This document shows, piece after piece, positions 56,300-64,000 of a stretch of 64,000 bases of DNA (within the stretch, counting starts at the first letter, position 1; each line of letters opens with the position of its first letter). Made by a program: the position numbers and the translations under genes. The notes below the pieces were generated by a model, which ran no database searches, had not been told where the DNA came from, and saw only the letters and a list, made by a program, of their open reading frames with translations. The DNA comes from Octopus vulgaris (lineage: Eukaryota), in contig OX597836.1 in NCBI GenBank assembly GCA_951406725.2, forward strand, positions 49,476,001 through 49,540,000, read 5' to 3'.

Positions 56300-57785
56300 A
56301 GAGAGAGAGAGAGAGAGAGATGTATGTATGTATATATACACTCGTTCATACAAACATACATCTGCACACACACACACACACATACACACACGCATACATA
56401 ACAGTTCAATATTGTCTCCAATTCCTCCATTGTTGCACTCGATTCAATGTTTGTTCGTCTCTGTTTGTTTGTTAGCTTTGTTGTCGTTGTTGTTGTTGTT
56501 TTGTTCGTATGCAAAGGTTTACAGTAATAGAAGGATTACCGCCTCAGACAGTTTATAATCCGCGCTCTAAGGAGATTCAATTATTAACGAATCGAGATTT
56601 AACGAGATTTAATGCATTTTCTATCATTAACGTAATGAGCTGAGCTTTTTTAATAACTTTTGTCTGCTCTCTCTCTCTCACCCTCTCTCTCTCTTTCTCT
56701 CTCTCTCTCGCTCTCTCTCTCTTTCTCTCTCTCTTTCCCTCTCTCTCGCTCTCTATCTACCTGTCTATCTATCTGTCACTCTTTCTGTGTTCCTCTCTCA
56801 CTCTCATTTTCCTTCTCTCTCTCACTATGCTGTGTGTGTGTGTGTGTGTGTGTGTCAGTGAAACGTGCATAATGCATTTCATGCATGTACGAGTTACTCA
56901 TGTGTATCTGTGAATGTATATGCGTACGTATACACACATACACACACACACATACATACATACATACATGTGTGTGTATGCGCGCGCGCACGTGTGTCTG
57001 TACGTGTGTAGGTATTGATGTTCCTTTATTTCTTAATAACCTTCCAAAAAGAAACAGAAACTCCATCGTTAGAGTCTGGATAACAACAGTAATAATTTTT
57101 ATATATCGAACTTTAAAAAAGTCTTGCGCATTTTCATTGTTCCGCTTACCGATTATGTTTTTTAAAGTGCGTGTTAGTCGGCGTCTTTCTTTGCTTGAAA
57201 GACCTCTTTTGCAGGTCGCCACTCAGACATTTAATAACGTAAGTAAGAGAGCAACAATATTCCTTGGCATAAATAGGAATTGATGATCAGTGGGTAAAAG
57301 CTGCAGGTTTCGAATCAGTTCTCCATCGATATTCTCCTTGTCGCAGGTTTTGACAGAGTGTTCGCCTCTTCAGAGTAACGAACCTCCATCACTTTACATG
57401 TCTTTTCTGTCCTAAATAACCATGCCAGGTGTGAAATGTTGGCACTTGCTACAAGTTTTCATGGCAATGTGCCATTAATATTCCTTCTGCTCATATGTAT
57501 GTATGTGTGTGTATGTATGTATGTATGTATGTATGTATGTATGTATGTATGTATGTATGTATGTATGTATGTATGTATGTATGTATGTATGTATGTATGT
57601 ATGTATGTATGTATGTATGTATGTATGTATGTATGCACGTACGTACATATGTATGTCATTATTTTGTTTATTTCAAGATTTCTTGCCAATAGAGAAAGAA
57701 CCGGTTTTTAACCTAGATCCAAGGTTCCTATGTGTGTATGTATGTATGTGTATGTATGTATGTATGTATGTGTGTATATATGTAC

Positions 57786-57840
<55 letters not shown>

Positions 57841-58491
57841 TGTATTCCATAGCAAGGATGTTGTCCATATTTAACCCAGGGCAGCCTCTTCTGCAGGTAT
57901 GGCTATGTATTATTTTAGCAACACCATGTCGCAATGTGAGGCATTACCTCGATTACATTTCTGGACAGCTGCTAATTACATGCAACGTCTAATTACATGC
58001 TAATTACACGTAACATCCTCCACAGAAAAGTGTCATAATCAGCGTCTGCAGTTGCATCTCTGGATTCTTAAGGTTTCGCTGTCCGGCTTGTTTCTGGTAT
58101 ATTCTTCGATTGCAAAAGCGTCACCTTCCAGAAGTAGCAGACACGAGTCCGAAAGAGGCGACAGCTCGTCGTCTTGATGTTGTCGTGCTTCACACGGTGA
58201 ATAACCTTTCCGGGATTTGTTGAGTGTTTCTCTTGCAAGACTTCTTCTGAGATGTGTAAGCTCTGCACTTCTAGGTTCAAATGGGAGGTCATCAGGAAGT
58301 GTTTCTTGAGGAGTTCTCTACCGACCCGTTGGAGGGTAGTCAGTACATTCTGAGCACTTGAAAGCCTCTGTGTATGAGCGTGTGAGCGTGTGAGTGTGAG
58401 TGTGTGTGTGCATGTGTTTGTGTGTGTGTGTAAAAGTGATTTTATGTCTGTAAAAAAGGCGTGTATGTATGCATGTATATATATATGTATG

Positions 58492-58543
<52 letters not shown>

Positions 58544-60309
58544 TATATATGTGTATATAAAAATATGTCTGTATAAAACTGTGCAACATGGTGAATGAGG
58601 TTGTGTGTGTGTGTGTGAAGAGAGAGGTGGGGAGAGACTAAAGTGCTTGTATGCGTGTAGTTGTGTAAATCTCTATTTCTGTCTGTGTGTGTACATGACG
58701 GTAGAACTACAGTCAATGGAACAGACCCCAGGATATTACTGGTTATTATACTCGACTGCTGTGTGACAGAATCGGTAGAGTTTCGAACAAATTGCTTTGT
58801 GGTTTATATCCCTTTCTGTTCTGAGTTCAAATCCCACAGAAACCAACTTTTTATTTTACTTTTCCAGGGGTTGATAAAATAATCGCCTTCATACTTACAC
58901 CAAGCTGCCAGGGCTTCTGTCTTGTGTCTGTATAGGAGAGATCATTGCTACAATCCTTACACTGGCCTTGTAGTCATTACTACTATCATTACACCGGCCT
59001 TGGGGTTATTACTATTATCATTACACTGACCTTGTGCTTATATAAGAGGTTATTATTCTGTTATTATTCGAAAGGTTTGGCAGCGATGGATTTGGCGGAA
59101 TCGTTAAAGAAAAATTGCTTGTATTCGTTCTACGTTCAAATCCCGTTAGGCTCAAGTTTGTCCTTCATTCTTTCGGTACCAGTTTAGTACTGGACGGTGG
59201 GGGAAGGGGAATCAATATAATAAAATATCCACTTCCTTCAAGATTGCTGGCCTTGCGTCTAAATTAGAAACACTTATAAGAACGGTGGGTAGAAAAATGG
59301 TTAGATCCCCGGGTAAACTACTTCGCCGTTTTGAGTTGAAGTTCCTTTACGTTCTGCTGGCCGCCATTTTGCTTCCAGTTTAACACAAATATTTTTCTTT
59401 CTTTCGTCGAAAAGAGGGGATGTGCTTAAGGATTTTGTAGGTCCTCACAAACTCCTATGTAATGGTTACTTACTGCATGCATAGGTATACAATAAAGAAC
59501 TGATCGAATTTTGAGATCGATGTGGTCAAACTGTCTCCTCCTCCTCCTCCTCCTCCTCCTTTCAAATATATGTAGCCTTGTAACCAATGCTAGAAATTAT
59601 TATCTAATGTATTAAACCAAGATGAAACGAAAGCCCTGAAAATAAAAGATCACATAAACAGGCAGACCAGGAGCAGAGTTTGTTGGTTCTAGAAGCTACG
59701 ATCCATGACACACCGTCCCCACTAAGTAATCAGTCGTGTTTCCATCACCGTTAATAAGTCTTCCATGGAAGACACTTCAGATCTATCACAAGAACACGAT
59801 CTTAGGAAAAAATATGAAGAAAAATCACGGGTGGAATAAGGGTGAAATGGAGAGTAATATGGGGTGGACTGTAGCGTGGGATGGACACTAGCGCGGGATA
59901 GAGAGTAGCGAGGAATGGGGGAATGCGGAAGATATAAATGTGCCAAGGGGGAACACCTGACGCCCTTTAGCTAAATCCACCTGCGCCTTCCATCTTCTCT
60001 GGAGACAATGTTAACGATAGCAAAACCGACGAGCAAGTTTTCTATGGAATGGCGAGACAAATGCGAGAAATAGAGGCGGCCAGCAATAAAGGCAAACGCA
60101 GAAAGGGAGAAAAATTAAATATCATCAAAATATAAATGTTTATACAGTAAACTTCCTGTTGTCCGGCATCATGGGACCAGAGGGTTGCCGGATAACTGAA
60201 TTTTCCGGCTAATTAACCATCACTTTTTAAATCACCGTAAACTCTAACAAAACTCATTAAAACTCTATACATAAGCGGTACTGCGGTACTATCATTAATT
60301 TTCTGAATA

Positions 60310-60360
<51 letters not shown>

Positions 60361-61364
60361 CGTGTGCGTGTGTGTGTGTACACATATCAGTATTATCATT
60401 GATAATTTGCATATAGTATAAATTAGAGAAATACGAAGAAATAAAAATATAAGTTTTATTTAATCAATGAAATCCAGGTTCTATAAATGCCGTAAAATGA
60501 AATACTTTACGTTGAGAAGCAACGATCCCTTTCAGATGCCATAGAAACTAGCTTTCTTTTAATGATGATTAATTAATTAACACAAATTAGCACAAATATT
60601 TCATGACTTTAATCAACAATGCATTTTGTTTTGTTTTGTTTTTTTTTCCTGAGTGCCAGTTGCTTGACCGTTTTAATTATTTAAGTAGGGGATAAAAAGG
60701 GAATTCGCTGCGTATGATGTGTTCATGCATATCTCCATTGGTCACTAAGGTATAGGGAAGACATAGGCACCTTTAAAACAAAAAGGGCCGCATAAGACGT
60801 AACTCTTCAACAGGCGGGCGGCACTGCTAACAATATTCATGATAATCTTTCGTTCAGTAGAAAGGCCCACGGGCCGCTATTTGAGCAGAACTGGTGTAGA
60901 ACAGTTCAAGTTCGATTGTTGTTGACTGGTTCTATAACTCTGACGAATCTAGTTCAGTTGTAAGTCAGCTCTGTCTCACAAAACAGATAAGCAAGTTAGA
61001 TCATTCATGAAGTGCATCTTTGAAGAAGAATCTGTCGGACACAAGTATTCCGCTGTGAGTTGTATGACCAGTGGTCAACGCTTACTGTGTCCGTCTCTCT
61101 TCTCTCTATTGCTTTCGTCAATCGCCGCTGGTCAGATTACTTTCGACGTCATCCCCCTATTTGACGTACGTGGCGCAATATTCAGTGGTCAGTTTGTTGT
61201 TGCTAACGTCATCAGTCTGTTTACTGTGTCCGGTTGCTTATCACAATTTTTCGGATGGGAATTAGCAAGTCCTGATTTTAAGTCCAGCCAGCGATAAACT
61301 GCAGACTGGACAACTGGAATGTCCAAGCAGGATTACGTTTTGATGATAATAATAATTCTTTTTT

Positions 61365-61598
61365 AGTTTTTCGCACAAGGCCAGCAATTGTAGGCGACGG
61401 GGCTGTTCGACTTCAGTTCTCAACAGATATTTTATTTCATCGGCCCCGAAAAGGATAAAAGGCAAAGTCGACCGCGGAAACGTTTGAACTCAGAACGTCA
61501 AATCAGACGAAACGCCGCTAAGCATCTTGCCCGACGTGCGAACAATTCTGCCAGCTCACTACCTTAACAACAACAACAGCAACTACAACGACGACGTC

Positions 61599-61639
<41 letters not shown>

Positions 61640-62137
61640 CGATAAATAAAAGCTAATAAACCGGATATTATTATAAAAGATCAGGCAAAAAGGATGTGTT
61701 TATTAATTGACATGAGTATTCCATGTGATCACAATATAGTGGCGAAAGAATTTGACAAGATTAGTAAATATAAAGACCTGCTAAAAGAAATTGAAAAAAT
61801 GTGGCATCTCAAGGCGACTACAGTACCAGTGATTGTAGGATCTCTAGGAATGATTAAAAAAAAAGGTACTGAAACCTATTTGAAAATGATACCAGGCTTA
61901 CCATCCCTACAGGAAGTGCAAAAAATCGTATTAACTGGAACGACTCATGTACTGAGAAGAGCATTATCGCGGTGAAAACAACATCCATCCATGAATTTAT
62001 TTATTCATTAATTTTTTAAATATCTATTTTACCTGTGAATTTGCGTGTGTAATCTGGGAATGCATACAATGAGCTTCTCTGCCCTAGGTGTACGGAAAAC
62101 ACTCGGCGAGAAACGGAAGAAAATTTGAAGAAAGAAG

Positions 62138-62224
<87 letters not shown>

Positions 62225-62660
62225 CAACAAAATTGATGATGATGAGGAGGAGGAGGAGGATTTCCAATTATGGCACAAGGCCAGCAATTATGAGAGACGA
62301 GGTAAATGGATTACTTCGATCCTAGTACTCAACTGGTACTTATTTTACCGACCCCGAAAGGATGAAGTGCAAAGTCGACCACAGCGGAATTTGAACTCAA
62401 CGTAAAAACCGACAAAATGCCGTTAAGCATTTTGCTCGGCGTGCTTACGACTCTGCCACCTTATAATAATTTCAAATTTGGGCACATTCGGAGGAAAGGA
62501 TAAGTCGAATACATCAATCCCAGTCATCAACTTATTTTATCGATTCTGAAAGAATAAGAAGCAAAGTCAACCTCGATGGAATTTGAATTCAGACTGTAAA
62601 GACAGAAGAAATAACGCTTAGCATTTTATCCGGCGTGCTAACGCTACTGCCAGTTCACCA
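61365..62660 (-). mobile_element. Three Deu/Nin-like SINE copies (~61365-61562, 62270-62460, 62478-62660)
   Basis: aaagtcgacc.c.gcggaatttgaactca and gcgtgc.aac.a.tctgcca in each copy. Confidence 0.75.
61645..62222 (+). mobile_element. R4/Dong-type LINE 3' end: RLE domain fragment, 3' UTR and (TAA)n tail
   Basis: IKANKPDIIIKD....CLLIDMSIP.D.NI..KEFDKISKYKDL..EIEKMW.LK...VPVIVGSLG (PD-D/ExK endonuclease). Confidence 0.88.
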
Positions 62661-62689
62661 CATCTTCAAAAGAAATATTTGATAAGGTA

Positions 62690-63300
62690 GCCTCCTACTA
62701 TAACAATGCCTTAACTTACAATGACTTCAAAGATGAGATATATTACAACCCTTCAATTAAAGATATGAAACCTAAAAATAGACTTAGGAAAATAACATGG
62801 CTCGACCCACCCATCTGCCTAAATGTTAAAACTAAAATAGACAAGAAATTCCTGACTCTTTTAGATAAGCATTTCCTAGAAAGTCACAAATACTGGAAGA
62901 GTTTTAGTAGACGATCGATTAAAATATCAAACTGCTCCTGCCCCAACATGAAGAACATTATCACTCGTAACCATCAACAACTTCACACTCCCAGTTGTAA
63001 ATGTCGAAACCCTGAAACTTGCCCACTTGATCGGGCGTTTATGATAAACTCCGTCGTATATGAGGCAGAAGTCACGATAACGTTTCACGATAACCTCACC
63101 GAAAAGAATTTGATATCAGGTGATGCGAAGGCGATTTCAAACAATGTTGTACAAACCACCCACCTCCTTTCCTACACATTGACAAAAGTAAAACCTCTAA
63201 GTTGACTAGCCACGTATGGGGTTTGCAGACCAACTTCACACCACATGCAATCAAGCGGAAAATCACACAGATTTTACATGCCACATGTAAATGGATCTAA
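62690..63300 (+). mobile_element. Degenerate Naiad-like PLE fragment (RT thumb/linker to GIY-YIG)
   Basis: RKITWLDPP..LNVKTKI.KKFL.LLDKHF...IKISNCSCPNM..II..CKCRNPETCPLD....NSVVYEAEV, then frameshifts. Confidence 0.75.
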
Positions 63301-63934
63301 GAAATGCATTTTATCCGTTGCTGAAAGATCGCACATTCTTTTTAGATCCAAGAATTCCACCACGCTTCTTACTTCCAGATCTTCATAAAAAAAAAAACTC
63401 TTCAGTGATTTACTTTCCCCTGTTGATCCCTCTGTTGCCCACATTTGGGGTCAACAATGAATCTTTGGTGCCCTTGGTACACAACTGCCATCGACCCTCC
63501 CATATAGTGTTATCTCCCTTTAGTAACTACCTCTCTTGCCAGGCTTGCGGTGTTACGACATATAGAAGTTCCGAAAAAATTCAAGGATATTCAGGTATGT
63601 TGCCCGAGTTACGATACATATCGGGGATGATGGAGATGAGAGTGAGTGTGTTGGGGGGGGGGAGAAAGAGAAACAGTCAAACAAACGCACAGTGTGAGTA
63701 TATGAATGTGTGTACGTATATATATATATACACATATATAATGTATGTATACAAACATGCGCGCACACACACACGCATATGTTTATATGCATGTATAAGT
63801 ACGCATGTGTATATGTAAGTTTGTGTGTGAGTATGCGTGGGTGTGTCTGTGCGTATGCATGTATGTATGTATGTATGTACGTATGTACGTATGTATGTGT
63901 GTATGTATGTATGTATTTTCTCTTTATTTTTTTT

Positions 63935-64000
63935 TCTCTTTTACTTGTTTCAGTCATTTGACTGTGGCCATGCTGGAGCACCGCCTTTAGTCGAGCAAAT
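63935..64000 (-). mobile_element. 3' end of a CORE-type SINE, truncated by the window edge
   Basis: Matches the SINE tail at 43700-43763. Confidence 0.8.

Overview
Animal genomic DNA, very rich in microsatellites and transposable elements. The tRNA-derived SINE families resemble those of octopus, so the host is probably a cephalopod (inference). There is no CRISPR array, rRNA or prokaryotic gene, and nearly all long low-complexity ORFs in the track are microsatellite artefacts. Recognisable content: the 3' end of a Gypsy element with PPT and LTR; a near full-length Penelope-like element (PLE, Neptune-type RT + GIY-YIG, ~810-bp direct pLTRs, upstream ORF overlapping the RT frame at a -1 slippery site); other PLE fragments; CR1 and R4/Dong-type LINE ends; a full-length decayed mariner and other Tc1/mariner remnants; two non-autonomous Helitrons; many SINEs; and a few candidate host exons. 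The most notable signal is a dense set of hammerhead-ribozyme (HHR) motifs, two with fully canonical cores. Several lie in small fold-back elements inserted in (TA)n, the best being a ~580-bp near-perfect palindrome at 47672-48252.
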